Virus record (IMG/VR): IMGVR_UViG_3300011422_000010
Span: 1-38,529 of that record
Direction: 5' to 3' (one strand)
Length of the DNA stretch: 38,529 nt
Source: a virus
Lineage: Duplodnaviria > Caudoviricetes
The notes under the pieces were generated by a model. The model made no database searches. It was not told the origin of the DNA and was given only the letters and a program-made list of their open reading frames with translations. Below are positions 8,881 to 17,794 of this stretch, in pieces (position 1 is the stretch's first letter; each line of letters starts with the position of its first letter). The position numbers and the translations under genes are program-made.

Positions 8881-9333
8881 CTAGGGGATCTGGACCCAGC
8901 CCGGCTGGTGCGTCGGATCGGAGTCGTATGTGGGCTTCAACAGCACGTCCATCATGACGGTCTCGGTGAGCCCTTCGGAACGGGCGAACTTGGCGACGCG
9001 GCACAGGGCCCGCGGCCCCTCGCTGCCCGAATCGAGAATGTCGCCGGACAGGCCCAGCACGTTGAGGTCGGTCCGGTTGACGAAGGCGTCGCGGATCTCC
9101 TGATAGCGGGTGTCGTTCGGGTCGTGAGTGATCTTGAGGGAGTACTCGAGCTTGCGCAAGGTCGAGAGGGTCGCCTCGTAATTGCCGGTGCCGCGGTCCG
9201 AGGCGTCCGCCTCGCCGTCTTCCATGGAGACTTCGGCGTCCTTGACACGATTGACCGGGTTCCAGGCCGGGTCGGAAATCCAGGGTGCCGGGGCGATGTA
9301 GAGCTTGCACTTGAATCCCACGCGTGCGCCCAT
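8881..9333 (-). CDS. Major tail tube protein
   Basis: 150 aa, GGAGG RBS, positioned before the chaperones; G-x-x-CKLY...VKD...GEAD...FARSEGL pattern. Confidence 0.8.
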   Translation of the reverse strand: MGARVGFKCKLYIAPAPWISDPAWNPVNRVKDAEVSMEDGEADASDRGTGNYEATLSTLRKLEYSLKITHDPNDTRYQEIRDAFVNRTDLNVLGLSGDILDSGSEGPRALCRVAKFARSEGLTETVMMDVLLKPTYDSDPTHQPGWVQIP

Positions 9334-9358
9334 GAGGACCTCCTTGCCCTGCAGGGTT

Positions 9359-9973
9359 TCATTTCACTTGATCGCGCCAGGCCTCGGCCATGTTCGGCGC
9401 CTCCGCGTCCAGGGCCGGCTGCATGAACGCGTGTGGGCCGCGGTTGCCCCCGAGATACAGCGGGCCGTAGAGCCGGGCGTTCAGTTCGTTGGCCCGCACG
9501 ACCTGGGCCGAGGTGCGGAGCTTGGCGTACACCACTTTCCCGCCCTCGATGCGGACCTCGCCGCCTTCGCCCAGGGCGCGTTCCCGCCGGCGGGGATTCT
9601 TGTAGCGCCCCACCGTGCCGCCCTTCTCCAGGATCTCCGGAGCGTCGCTGCCGTCATTGAGCTTGGCGGCGCCTGCCACGCACGTCTTGGTCGTGGCGTC
9701 ATAGGCGAAGAGCACAAACTCCCGCAGCGGGCTGACCCGCTGCGTCTTGGTCGCGCCTGTCTTCTTGTTGGTCTTCTTCCGCGTCATCGAGCGGTGCACG
9801 TGCGGCGGCTTACCCGGCGCCGCTGGATTCTTCGAATACCGCAACAGCGACCGGGCCCGCCGGCGGACGAAGGCGCCCTGGCGCGACAGCACCCCCTGCC
9901 GGGCCCGCTCGACGGGATCGGTCACGGCCTCGGGCCGAAAGAAGTTCGCCTTGGCGGCCGCGATCGTCAGCAT
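9359..9973 (-). CDS. Neck/tail-completion protein (HK97 gp10-like)
   Basis: Basic protein with PGKPPH, LEKGG and FMQPAL motifs; located in the neck module. Confidence 0.65.
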   Translation of the reverse strand: MLTIAAAKANFFRPEAVTDPVERARQGVLSRQGAFVRRRARSLLRYSKNPAAPGKPPHVHRSMTRKKTNKKTGATKTQRVSPLREFVLFAYDATTKTCVAGAAKLNDGSDAPEILEKGGTVGRYKNPRRRERALGEGGEVRIEGGKVVYAKLRTSAQVVRANELNARLYGPLYLGGNRGPHAFMQPALDAEAPNMAEAWRDQVK

Positions 9974-9980
9974 CCACGTC

Positions 9981-10424
9981 TCACCTCAGCAACCGGTACT
10001 TGACCTTGATCACCGTTGAGAACCGCCCCAGCTCCTGGATGGCGTCCTCGTCGCAGATCGGGTCGCAGGCGATGCCGACGAGGACGACGTCGAGGCCTTC
10101 CAGTTCCGCCTCCTCGAGGTAGTCCATCAGCTCCTGGGCCAGCAGCACCAGGCCGTCGATCTCCTCCTTGCGGGCGGCCTCGCTTTCCGGGTCGCTCTCC
10201 AGCCGCTTCGTCGCCCACAGCTCGCATTCGTAATCCTGCCGGCGGTCATCCCGGCTGATCAGCTCCCAGTCGAGATCGTCCGGCTTTACGGCAATCCGCA
10301 GATGCTCGTCCTCGAGCTTGAACTGCGGGACCCACTTCCGTTCGGCGTTCAGCGCCTGGCTCAGCCCCGCCGCGTTCAGCGCATCCACCAGGGCTTCAGC
10401 GATCGCGATGGCCCGTGCGCTCAT
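9981..10424 (-). CDS. Tail terminator-like protein
   Basis: 147 aa, acidic, IAEALVDALN N-terminal helix, neck position, ATGA overlap. Confidence 0.6.
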   Translation of the reverse strand: MSARAIAIAEALVDALNAAGLSQALNAERKWVPQFKLEDEHLRIAVKPDDLDWELISRDDRRQDYECELWATKRLESDPESEAARKEEIDGLVLLAQELMDYLEEAELEGLDVVLVGIACDPICDEDAIQELGRFSTVIKVKYRLLR

Positions 10425-10810
10425 GTCTCCACCGTCTTGACCAGCTTGGTGTGGATCCGCAGGATCATCCCGTAACCGCTGGCGTTGTAGACCGGCTCGC
10501 CGGGCGGCGCCAGGACCTCGTAGATCCGCTTCTGCCCAGCCTCGTCGTTGACATCCTCGATGCGGTGCCCGGCCTTGGGCACATTCTCCAGGCCGTCAAA
10601 CCAGGGCAGCTCGTCCCGGGCGATCAGATAGTCCCGGTCCGTGTGCACGATGCCGCCGCCCTGGTCCTCGCTCAGCCGCAGCAGACTCTTGCCCACGGTC
10701 GCTGTGACGGGCGTCTGGTCGGTGCCGCGGACGTAGGTCACAGAACGCGAGGCATACTCTTTGAGCCGCCTCGCCAGGTGGGCGTGGCCGGCCGCGATGC
10801 GGTCGTCCAT
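10421..10810 (-). CDS. Head-tail adaptor/head closure protein
   Basis: 129 aa; VTYVRG...ATVG...DRDYLI...PKAGHRI...LRIHTK pattern. Confidence 0.65.
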   Translation of the reverse strand: MDDRIAAGHAHLARRLKEYASRSVTYVRGTDQTPVTATVGKSLLRLSEDQGGGIVHTDRDYLIARDELPWFDGLENVPKAGHRIEDVNDEAGQKRIYEVLAPPGEPVYNASGYGMILRIHTKLVKTVET

Positions 10811-10814
10811 GGCT

Positions 10815-11300
10815 TCAACCCATCACGATCTCGCCTTCGAGGACCTGGGAGCCGGTCCCCACGAGATCGATGTTCTTGGTTGTGGAGCTGATGACCGGCG
10901 CGGCGCCGTTCAAAAAGAGCGTGACCTCCTGGCCGGCCTTCACGTCGAGCGTGAAGAGGTTGCCGAGGAGCTCGTAACCGTTCGCCGCTCCCTCTTTCAC
11001 GGTGATCGGATTGGCGTTGTCCGACTTGCCGCGAAACTTGAGCACCTGCACCTTGAGCCCGTTGCCGTCCACCACGCCGCCATTGAGCCCCGACAGGGCC
11101 CGCAGGTCGATGGTGGCGACGCCGGCCGTGAGGGTGGTCTTGAACGAGGCCCGCTTGGTCGCCGGCGGCGTGCTGCCGGCGTTCAGGACCTTGTCCGTGG
11201 TCAATGCGAACGTGACCCCGTTGTCGGCGCTCGACAGATTCTCGTCGCCGAGGGTCTCGGTCGTCGTGATCTCAGAACGGTGCCGCACGGAAACTGGCAT
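10815..11300 (-). CDS. Hypothetical beta-rich virion protein
   Basis: 161 aa, GGGAGG RBS, located in the head/neck module. Confidence 0.65.
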   Translation of the reverse strand: MPVSVRHRSEITTTETLGDENLSSADNGVTFALTTDKVLNAGSTPPATKRASFKTTLTAGVATIDLRALSGLNGGVVDGNGLKVQVLKFRGKSDNANPITVKEGAANGYELLGNLFTLDVKAGQEVTLFLNGAAPVISSTTKNIDLVGTGSQVLEGEIVMG

Positions 11301-11352
11301 CGCAGGAACCCTCCCTTGAAGCGGTATTCCGCCAATCCCTCGTCAGGAACGG

Positions 11353-11601
11353 CTAGACGACGGGCGGCGGCACCAGGGTGTTGATGAAGGACTGGAGATT
11401 CCCCAGATCGACGTTGACCTGGCCGTCCGCCATGGCCTCGACCGCGTCCTTCTCTGCGACGTCGGCCTGTGCCTTCTGCAGCACCGTGTGCGCCTCGCTG
11501 CTGGCGGCGGTGGCCAGATCGGCGATCTTCTTGTCCTCCACCAGCTTGTCCACCAGCCCCAGGAGCTGGGTAAGCTGCTCGCTCGTGACCGGCACCTGCA
11601 T
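11353..11601 (-). CDS. Hypothetical protein
   Basis: 82 aa helical, GGAGGAG RBS. Confidence 0.65.
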   Translation of the reverse strand: MQVPVTSEQLTQLLGLVDKLVEDKKIADLATAASSEAHTVLQKAQADVAEKDAVEAMADGQVNVDLGNLQSFINTLVPPPVV

Positions 11602-11624
11602 GTTTGGCTCCTCCCTGGATGCCG

Positions 11625-11652
11625 GCCGCGGATCCGCGTGCGGATCCGCGGC
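11625..11652. repeat. Intergenic perfect inverted repeat (13-bp arms)
   Basis: GCCGCGGATCCGC-GT-GCGGATCCGCGGC; no U-tract. Confidence 0.75.
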
Positions 11653-11679
11653 GGGCCCCTTCGGCTAAGGGCGTTTCGG

Positions 11680-11916
11680 CTAGCCGCCGATCTTCGTGAT
11701 CGTCAGCCGGCGGTTGGGCGCGACCGCCTGCTGGATGGCGTTGGCGGCCGCGTTCAGGGCGGCCTCGACCTGCTTGAGCGTCAGTTGCTGGGCCGAGTCG
11801 ATCTGCCGGGCCTCGCGCTCCAGGGCCTTCCGCTTCTGGTCCTGCTCCCAGTAGGTGCGGAGCAGGTCCTCCGTGACGGAGCGGAGGCTCGGGGCTTTGG
11901 CTTCGGCGACGGACAT
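11680..11916 (-). CDS. Hypothetical coiled-coil protein
   Basis: 78 aa, GAGGA RBS. Confidence 0.6.
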   Translation of the reverse strand: MSVAEAKAPSLRSVTEDLLRTYWEQDQKRKALEREARQIDSAQQLTLKQVEAALNAAANAIQQAVAPNRRLTITKIGG

Positions 11917-11961
11917 CGGTCAGTTCCTCGGGACGGAGGTAGTCAGTACAGGCGCGCGCAC

Positions 11962-12189
11962 TTACTTGTCCCCGGCCGGCGGCCGGCCGGAGGGCGGCTT
12001 GGGCGGAGCCGGCGGGGTCTGGTCCTCCTCGGCCGGCGTCACGAAAGCCACTTTCCGTTTCTTGTCGATGCGCTCGGCCAGGCCGGCGCCGAGCAACTGT
12101 TCGGCCGTGGCTTCGTCGGCGTCCACGACCTGCCCCTCCTTGAAGGCAGGCAGCCCCTGGCCCAGGTTGCGCAGCACGCGAATGTGCAT
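11962..12189 (-). CDS. Small phage head-module protein
   Basis: 75 aa; IRVLR...GQVVDAD...AEQLLGAGLAE pattern commonly seen downstream of capsid genes. Confidence 0.65.
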   Translation of the reverse strand: MHIRVLRNLGQGLPAFKEGQVVDADEATAEQLLGAGLAERIDKKRKVAFVTPAEEDQTPPAPPKPPSGRPPAGDK

Positions 12190-12253
12190 GAGTGGTAGTC
12201 CTTTACTGCTGGAAGCCCCACGCCGCGCTTGCGTTGCCGGTCGCCAGGGAGCA

Positions 12254-12616
12254 CTACACGCGCGGCGCCATCGGGTCGTGGTAGCACTGCACGGTGGCGT
12301 TCGCGCCGCCGCCGCCGCCGCCGACCACCACGCCGAAGACGGCGTTGTTGGTCGAGGTCGACGTCAACTTGTTGTTGGCGTCGTCCCAGTAGGCCAGGGC
12401 GTAGTTCGCCAGGTTCGAGAGCATGACGGCGTCGTAGACGCCGCCGCCGATCTCGAGCGTGCCCTCGACGTTGTTGGCGATGTCCTGGGTGGCGATGCCG
12501 CAGGAGACGCCCGCCAGGTTGCCCAGGAGGACCACCTGGCCGGCCGCGATGTTGCCGCCGGTCGGGGTGTGCTTGATCCGCCGGGGCTCGCCCCAGCGCT
12601 TGGTTGCTTCAGGCAT
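12254..12616 (-). CDS. Capsid cement/decoration protein (DUF2190-like)
   Basis: IAAGQVV...GIATQDIA...G...AYWDDANNKLT motif; GGAGG RBS favours the ATG at 12616. Confidence 0.8.
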   Translation of the reverse strand: MPEATKRWGEPRRIKHTPTGGNIAAGQVVLLGNLAGVSCGIATQDIANNVEGTLEIGGGVYDAVMLSNLANYALAYWDDANNKLTSTSTNNAVFGVVVGGGGGGANATVQCYHDPMAPRV

Positions 12617-12654
12617 GGGCCATCCCTCCAAAAGGACGCCGGCCGTGGGCCGGG

Positions 12655-13965
12655 TTAAACATCCACCAGCACGCCGGCCTGGGCGACCGTCGGCCGGACG
12701 ACGGCCAGACTGCCGCAGCGGCCGATGATCGCGGCGCCGGCGGCGACCAGCTCATCGACCGCCGCGACCACGCCGGGGTCGATCTCGTGATAATCGTGAA
12801 ACACCAACAGGCCGCCGGGACGCAGGAGCGGGATCGCCCCCGCCGCGTCGGCGCGGACCGATGCCTGATCATGGCTGCCGTCGATGAACACCAGGTCGTA
12901 GACGGGCGGCAGCCGATCGAGCACCGCGGCGGATTCGCCCTGGTAGATCTGCACCTTGTCCGCCACCCCGTGGCGGCGGAGATTGCGGCGAAAGCGCGGG
13001 AGCGTGTTGCCTTGCGCGTCCGTGCCGCGGCCGTCGAAGGTGTCGATGACGCCGACCGACTTGGCCTGCTGGGCCAGGCAGATCGTGGAGCGGCCGCAAT
13101 AGGCGCCGATCTCCAGCACCACCTTGCCGGCCGCCAGCTCCGCCAGCTCGCGCCCCTCATCCTCGCTCAGCCAGCCGGCGACGTTGTGCGGGAACCAGTC
13201 CGCCGGCGGACGGCTATCGAGGACGCTCTTGTCGACGTGGTACTTGTCGAATTCGAGCGCGCCCCAGGGCTGATGGTTGCCGAAGACCATCGGGCCGCGA
13301 TGGCCCAGCTCGATCTTGCGCGTGCAGCCGACCTTGAGGCCCAGGGCGTGGAAGGCCCGCGAGATGAACCAGTCCTCCGACTCGACCTGCGGCTCGTAGC
13401 ACTGCTTCGTCTCGTTGAAGACGATCTCGTCGTTGACCGTGAAGTGCACCTGCTGGCACCAGGCCTGGTTCCACTTCACGACCCAGAGGCCGGTGTTGAT
13501 GAGCAGGGGATGGCCGACGTCCTCACTCGTGAAGGTCTCCGGCAGCCGGTAGATCTCGCGCATGGTGAGCCGGCACTGGATGCGGAACGGGTCGCCGGAT
13601 TCGTGGGCCAGGGCGATCGAGGTCTTGCCTTCCTGGTCCTTGATCGGCGCGACCACGCCGAGTACGTCGAGCTTCTTGTCCTCCAGCTCCTCGACCAGCT
13701 CGTCGAGCCAGCCGGGCAGCGGCTCGATGTCCGAGTGCTGCATGGCCCAGTAGTCGACGCGTTCGCCCCGGTGCACGGCGTTCAAGGCCCGGCACCACAG
13801 GTGATTCATGTTCAGGGCGAGCAGGCTGGAGCCCTGCGACACCCGGTAGATGTCCAGCTTGCCGCTCGGCGAGGCGGTGTAGAACGCGCGCGCGGCCCCG
13901 TCGGTCAGCTCCCCGTAGGAGGGCATCCCGAGGTAGACCACCTTCTTGGCGTCGCCGTTGTGCAT
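12655..13965 (-). CDS. Glycosyltransferase-like (GT-A) plus class I SAM methyltransferase (Methyltransf_24-like) fusion
   Basis: N-half: YLGMPSYG, MQHSDIEP, SEDWFISR, LGHRG. C-half: VLEIGAYCGRST, IDTF, YDLVFIDGSH, LRPGGLLVFHDY. GGAGG RBS before the ATG at 13965. Confidence 0.85.
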   Translation of the reverse strand: MHNGDAKKVVYLGMPSYGELTDGAARAFYTASPSGKLDIYRVSQGSSLLALNMNHLWCRALNAVHRGERVDYWAMQHSDIEPLPGWLDELVEELEDKKLDVLGVVAPIKDQEGKTSIALAHESGDPFRIQCRLTMREIYRLPETFTSEDVGHPLLINTGLWVVKWNQAWCQQVHFTVNDEIVFNETKQCYEPQVESEDWFISRAFHALGLKVGCTRKIELGHRGPMVFGNHQPWGALEFDKYHVDKSVLDSRPPADWFPHNVAGWLSEDEGRELAELAAGKVVLEIGAYCGRSTICLAQQAKSVGVIDTFDGRGTDAQGNTLPRFRRNLRRHGVADKVQIYQGESAAVLDRLPPVYDLVFIDGSHDQASVRADAAGAIPLLRPGGLLVFHDYHEIDPGVVAAVDELVAAGAAIIGRCGSLAVVRPTVAQAGVLVDV

Positions 13966-13997
13966 GGAGCGGGGCCTCCGTGCCCCTGAAAGCCCCC

Positions 13998-14023
13998 GCC
14001 CCCTCCCCGCAGGGGGAAGGGGC
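13998..14023 (-). terminator. Hairpin just downstream of the capsid gene (stabiliser or attenuator)
   Basis: GCCCCTTCCCC-CTGC-GGGGAGGGGGC, 11-bp stem; no adjacent U-tract. Confidence 0.45.
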
Positions 14024-14038
14024 AAGGGGAAGAGATCA

Positions 14039-15604
14039 CTATGCGCCGGCCGCGCGGACGCCGGCCCGGAACTCCTGGAGCGCCACGCCCACGTCGATGA
14101 AGCCGCGGAGCGCGATGCCCAGAGTGTTGAAATCAGCCTCGGTCGTCTCGACCGTCGGCATGTAATTGCCGTTCAAGGCCACCACCTCGATGGTGGGCAG
14201 GTCGGCCGGGTTGGCGAGCAGGTACCAGGCGGTCGCGCTGTTGCCCGTGAAGGCGCCGTTGCTCATGTACGGCGAGCTGACCACCTCGTAGGCGCCGGCC
14301 AGTACGTTGCCCGACGGCGACAGCACGTTGGGAGCGGCCTGGGCCGTGTTGGTCGCCACCACGATCGTCGAGTTCATCAGGTTGAGCGCGGTGACGCGCA
14401 GGGCGGATGGGACCAGCAGGATCGCCGGGAAGATGCCCAGCGGCTGGCCGTCCGGGTCGGTCTGGAGCCGGAACACTTTGTCGGCTTCCGCCAGGGCGGT
14501 GAGCGACAGGGCCGACGTGCCGCCGGTCGTGACGTTGTTGTTGCCGGCGGTGAAGAAGGCGGAGTTGTTCAGGAACACAGTCCAGAACATCTCGTTGAGC
14601 CGGAGGGCGGCGCCGCGGCCGAGGCGCTGGCCGGCGGTCGTCAGGGCGCCCAGGTCGTCGTTGATCAGGTCCCGGCGGTCGATACCCAGCATGCGCGCCT
14701 GGGTGTCCGCCTGGTTGTTGTAAACGCGCTCGCCGATATCCCCGTGCTCGATCTCGCCGCCCGGCGGCAGCTTCTTGTAGATCAGCGAGCCGGTCAGGGA
14801 TGGCGTCGTGATCTGCTTGAAGTCGTTGACCGGGCGGGTGGCCGAGATCCGCTGCCAGGCGCTGTCGATCGCCATGAAGCCGACGCGCAGGAACTTGTTG
14901 GCGACGTTGGAGAGGATGTTGGGCAGCGAGTACGTCGACGGGCCGGACACGCCGGCGCGAATGTCGGTCATGAATGCGGAGCGGAGGGCGGCGTCCAGGT
15001 TGCCGCTCAGGCTCAGGCCGCGATAGCCGTTGCGATGGGCCGAGGTCAGGATCAGCTCGCCCAGGCCGAGGCCGTTTCGCCATTTCTTGCGGGCGGCTTC
15101 CAGCGTGCGGGCGTCAAAGTGCTTGTCGAGGTCGCGCAGGCCACCGGCCATGCACACGGCCGCTTCGACCACGTCGTTGGTGAGCTGGGTCGAGCGATCG
15201 ACGATGACGCCTGGGGCCCGGGGGCGCTCGCGGCGGATGAACTCCAGCTCGAGGCGATTGTCGTCCCAGCGGTCCGGGTCGGCGATGGCCTCGGCGCGGA
15301 TCTCTTCCACGGCGACCGCGCTGATGCGGCCGTCGTCCATGGCCCTGATCAGGGCGGCCTCGATGCGCTCCTCGTGCTCTTCCCGGATGCGCAGGGCCTG
15401 CAGCGTCTCCGTCATGCTCCGGGAGCCGGCCGGCCTGCGTTCAGCCGGCGGCGCCGGGGGAGCGGGCGGTGTCGCGGGAGGGCTCGCCGGGGGCGAGGCG
15501 GGCGTCTGCTCCGCCTTCCAGGCTGCCTGCAGGGCCGCCTTCTGGGTGTCGTTCAAGGCCGCGAGCTCGAAACCCTTGGCCACGAGCCATTGTTCGAAGG
15601 TCAT
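14039..15604 (-). CDS. Internally initiated scaffold-capsid product (521 aa)
   Basis: AAGGAG-TCTCGCCC-ATG in frame at 15604 (MTFEQWL), immediately after the protease domain. Confidence 0.65.
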   Translation of the reverse strand: MTFEQWLVAKGFELAALNDTQKAALQAAWKAEQTPASPPASPPATPPAPPAPPAERRPAGSRSMTETLQALRIREEHEERIEAALIRAMDDGRISAVAVEEIRAEAIADPDRWDDNRLELEFIRRERPRAPGVIVDRSTQLTNDVVEAAVCMAGGLRDLDKHFDARTLEAARKKWRNGLGLGELILTSAHRNGYRGLSLSGNLDAALRSAFMTDIRAGVSGPSTYSLPNILSNVANKFLRVGFMAIDSAWQRISATRPVNDFKQITTPSLTGSLIYKKLPPGGEIEHGDIGERVYNNQADTQARMLGIDRRDLINDDLGALTTAGQRLGRGAALRLNEMFWTVFLNNSAFFTAGNNNVTTGGTSALSLTALAEADKVFRLQTDPDGQPLGIFPAILLVPSALRVTALNLMNSTIVVATNTAQAAPNVLSPSGNVLAGAYEVVSSPYMSNGAFTGNSATAWYLLANPADLPTIEVVALNGNYMPTVETTEADFNTLGIALRGFIDVGVALQEFRAGVRAAGA

Positions 15605-17794
15605 GGGCGAGACTCCTTGTGCCAGGGGGCCCGTGGCGCCCAGCCCCGCCGCGACCGCGGCCGAGGTGTTGGGGTCGGCTCCCATCGGGACGAAACTGAC
15701 TTCACCCAGCGTGGTGGCGCGGGCGACGTAGATCGGGCCGCTGTAGGAGCGGCCGTTGACTTTCACGCTCTGATCGCGATCGACGAACTCCAGGCGTTCC
15801 ACGCTGGCCCCCACCGAGGCCTGCCAGGGGAAGCCGTTGTCGGCCAGGGCCCGCACTTCCTCGGCGGCATCCCCGACGCCGCTCATCACGCCGGCCACCT
15901 TCAGCCGCTGCTGGCTGATCTCGATGCTCTCGGTGTGGCCGACGATCAGACTCGCATCGTGATCGCGGAGAATGGGCCGCTGCTGCCCCGGGATGTTCAT
16001 GCCCTCGAGGTCCACCACGACGGGCCAGGCGAAGAAGGGGAGGCGCATGGCCACGCCGGTGTAGGCGGTCATGCGGAACTTGCGGAGGCGCTTGCTCTCG
16101 CCGTCGCCGGCCGCGGCCGCGAGAATCTCGAAGCCCTCACTGGCGCCGGTGATGGTGAAGCTGCTCGGCTCGCCGGCGGCGCGGAGGAATGCCGGGAGAT
16201 CGATCTCGGCGGGCCCGTGGCCATTGCGGTGGCCGTTGAGCCTATTCCGCGGCCGTGCCGCCTCGGCCTTCTCCTTGTCCCCTTGTCCGCTTGACTCTTC
16301 GTCGTCGTCCTCGGACGACGCCGGCTCGGTGGTCGCCGTACCTGTCATCGGCGGCACGCCCTCTTTTTCCATGAGTCGCAGCTCCCGCCCGCGCTGACGA
16401 ATGACTGCTTTCCAGTCCTGGCCGTACTCCGCGAGCAGCTCGGCCAGCGTGGTCGTGCAGTTGTTCAGGCGCTCGGTGTCCTGGCCGGCGGTGTCCTTGT
16501 CCATGCTCGGCCAGCCGGGCCAGTACCAGGCCTTCGGCAGGCGGGCGATGTCGATCTGCACGCCGGCCGGCAACCTGAGATAGCCCGGGAGCCGCTGCGC
16601 TTCCTTGGCCCAGGCGGCGTAGATGCGGTTCAAGACATTGCGATTGGCGAAGGCGCGATCGACCTTCAGGCCGCCGCGGTAGCCGAAATGATCGAGCTTG
16701 GCGCTCGAGAAGTTGTGCTGCGAGCTGTCGCCGGAGACGACGTTGGTCGGCATGCGCACCGGCCGGCCGCACTCGTTGAGGAGCTCGCGCTTGAAGGGGG
16801 TGAATTCCTTGGTCGGGTGCTCGGCCTTGAGCTGCGTGGCCTCGTAGCCGGCCGGCAGCATCGTCATCATGTTCCGCTCGATCTCGAGGGCATCGAACGG
16901 CTCGGGGGGCTCGACCTCGTCGGGGCTCGCCTCGCTCTTGATCAGGGCGGCGAAGCTGGCCGCCGTCTCCGCCGCACTCAGCGTCGCCAGCGTCCAGCGC
17001 CGCAGGTACGGGAAGAGCGCCAGGATCGCCGTCAGTTCGGGCACGCCGCGGAGCTGGCCGGGCCGATCGGCCCGGAACCAGTGGAGCACAAACGCCGCCG
17101 GCCAGACGTCCGCCTCGGCCTGGCCGAGGGCCTCGCTGGGGTGCTGCCGGAGGATCGTGTAGCTGACCGGGTTGCCGTAGGCGTCGTAGGTCGCGCCGTC
17201 GAGTTGCGTGTCGCTGCCAAAGCCGCCTTGCGGATCGGCGACCAGGTCCGCCTCGATCAGGCGGAGGTCGAGCTTCACGGCGTCATCGATCTTGGGGTTG
17301 GTGACCAGGAGCGCGAAGGCCTCGCCGTCGCGGTTCCGGGCCTGGTCCATGCAGTGGAGCTTCTCGGCCAGGCCGATCGCGTCCGCCCAGCGGGCAAACG
17401 CCTGCTCGACCGCCTCGTTGACGGCGTCATCGTCGGTGAGGACCTGCAAGGTCGGCCCGGTGCCGACCAGGTCGTCGGCCCGGCCGCGGACGATGCCGGC
17501 GCAATAGCCGCCGTTGTCGTACTCGTAGCGGCTCCGGTTGCGGAGCGTCTGCCGCACCGCGGCCGAGTTGGCGCTGGCGGCGGAGAGGCCGTCGGCGTTC
17601 GACCAGTGGCGGCGATTGTCTTCGTTGGTCTGGGCCGCGTCGTACTTGGCCTTCAGCGTCGCCATGCGCAGGCGCAGCACGCCATTGAGCCGTTCGAGCC
17701 GGCTCAGCGTTTGCGCCGGCGCGGACCGGGTTCGACCCCGCGCTGTGGATTTCCGGGAAGGCGCTGATCGGGTGCGTGGGCGGCGCTTGGCCAC
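14039..17794 (-). CDS. Fused lambda-family portal, prohead protease, scaffold and major capsid protein (Mu gpT-like)
   Basis: One 1251-aa ORF. Portal: RNRSRYE, RPGQLRGVP, NFSSAKLD. Acidic linker. Protease: AYTG, ILRDHD, VGH, GFPWQASVG, EVSFV. Capsid: ILSNVANKFL, VNDFK, LINDDLGAL, PAILLVP, WYLLANP. Confidence 0.9.
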   Translation of the reverse strand: MAKRRPRTRSAPSRKSTARGRTRSAPAQTLSRLERLNGVLRLRMATLKAKYDAAQTNEDNRRHWSNADGLSAASANSAAVRQTLRNRSRYEYDNGGYCAGIVRGRADDLVGTGPTLQVLTDDDAVNEAVEQAFARWADAIGLAEKLHCMDQARNRDGEAFALLVTNPKIDDAVKLDLRLIEADLVADPQGGFGSDTQLDGATYDAYGNPVSYTILRQHPSEALGQAEADVWPAAFVLHWFRADRPGQLRGVPELTAILALFPYLRRWTLATLSAAETAASFAALIKSEASPDEVEPPEPFDALEIERNMMTMLPAGYEATQLKAEHPTKEFTPFKRELLNECGRPVRMPTNVVSGDSSQHNFSSAKLDHFGYRGGLKVDRAFANRNVLNRIYAAWAKEAQRLPGYLRLPAGVQIDIARLPKAWYWPGWPSMDKDTAGQDTERLNNCTTTLAELLAEYGQDWKAVIRQRGRELRLMEKEGVPPMTGTATTEPASSEDDDEESSGQGDKEKAEAARPRNRLNGHRNGHGPAEIDLPAFLRAAGEPSSFTITGASEGFEILAAAAGDGESKRLRKFRMTAYTGVAMRLPFFAWPVVVDLEGMNIPGQQRPILRDHDASLIVGHTESIEISQQRLKVAGVMSGVGDAAEEVRALADNGFPWQASVGASVERLEFVDRDQSVKVNGRSYSGPIYVARATTLGEVSFVPMGADPNTSAAVAAGLGATGPLAQGVSPMTFEQWLVAKGFELAALNDTQKAALQAAWKAEQTPASPPASPPATPPAPPAPPAERRPAGSRSMTETLQALRIREEHEERIEAALIRAMDDGRISAVAVEEIRAEAIADPDRWDDNRLELEFIRRERPRAPGVIVDRSTQLTNDVVEAAVCMAGGLRDLDKHFDARTLEAARKKWRNGLGLGELILTSAHRNGYRGLSLSGNLDAALRSAFMTDIRAGVSGPSTYSLPNILSNVANKFLRVGFMAIDSAWQRISATRPVNDFKQITTPSLTGSLIYKKLPPGGEIEHGDIGERVYNNQADTQARMLGIDRRDLINDDLGALTTAGQRLGRGAALRLNEMFWTVFLNNSAFFTAGNNNVTTGGTSALSLTALAEADKVFRLQTDPDGQPLGIFPAILLVPSALRVTALNLMNSTIVVATNTAQAAPNVLSPSGNVLAGAYEVVSSPYMSNGAFTGNSATAWYLLANPADLPTIEVVALNGNYMPTVETTEADFNTLGIALRGFIDVGVALQEFRAGVRAAGA

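Noticed and set aside
289-17767. Long plus-strand ORFs (e.g. 2446..4095, 6458..8035, 13946..16294)
   Set aside because: Antisense shadows of minus-strand genes, expected in high-GC DNA; no motifs or RBS.
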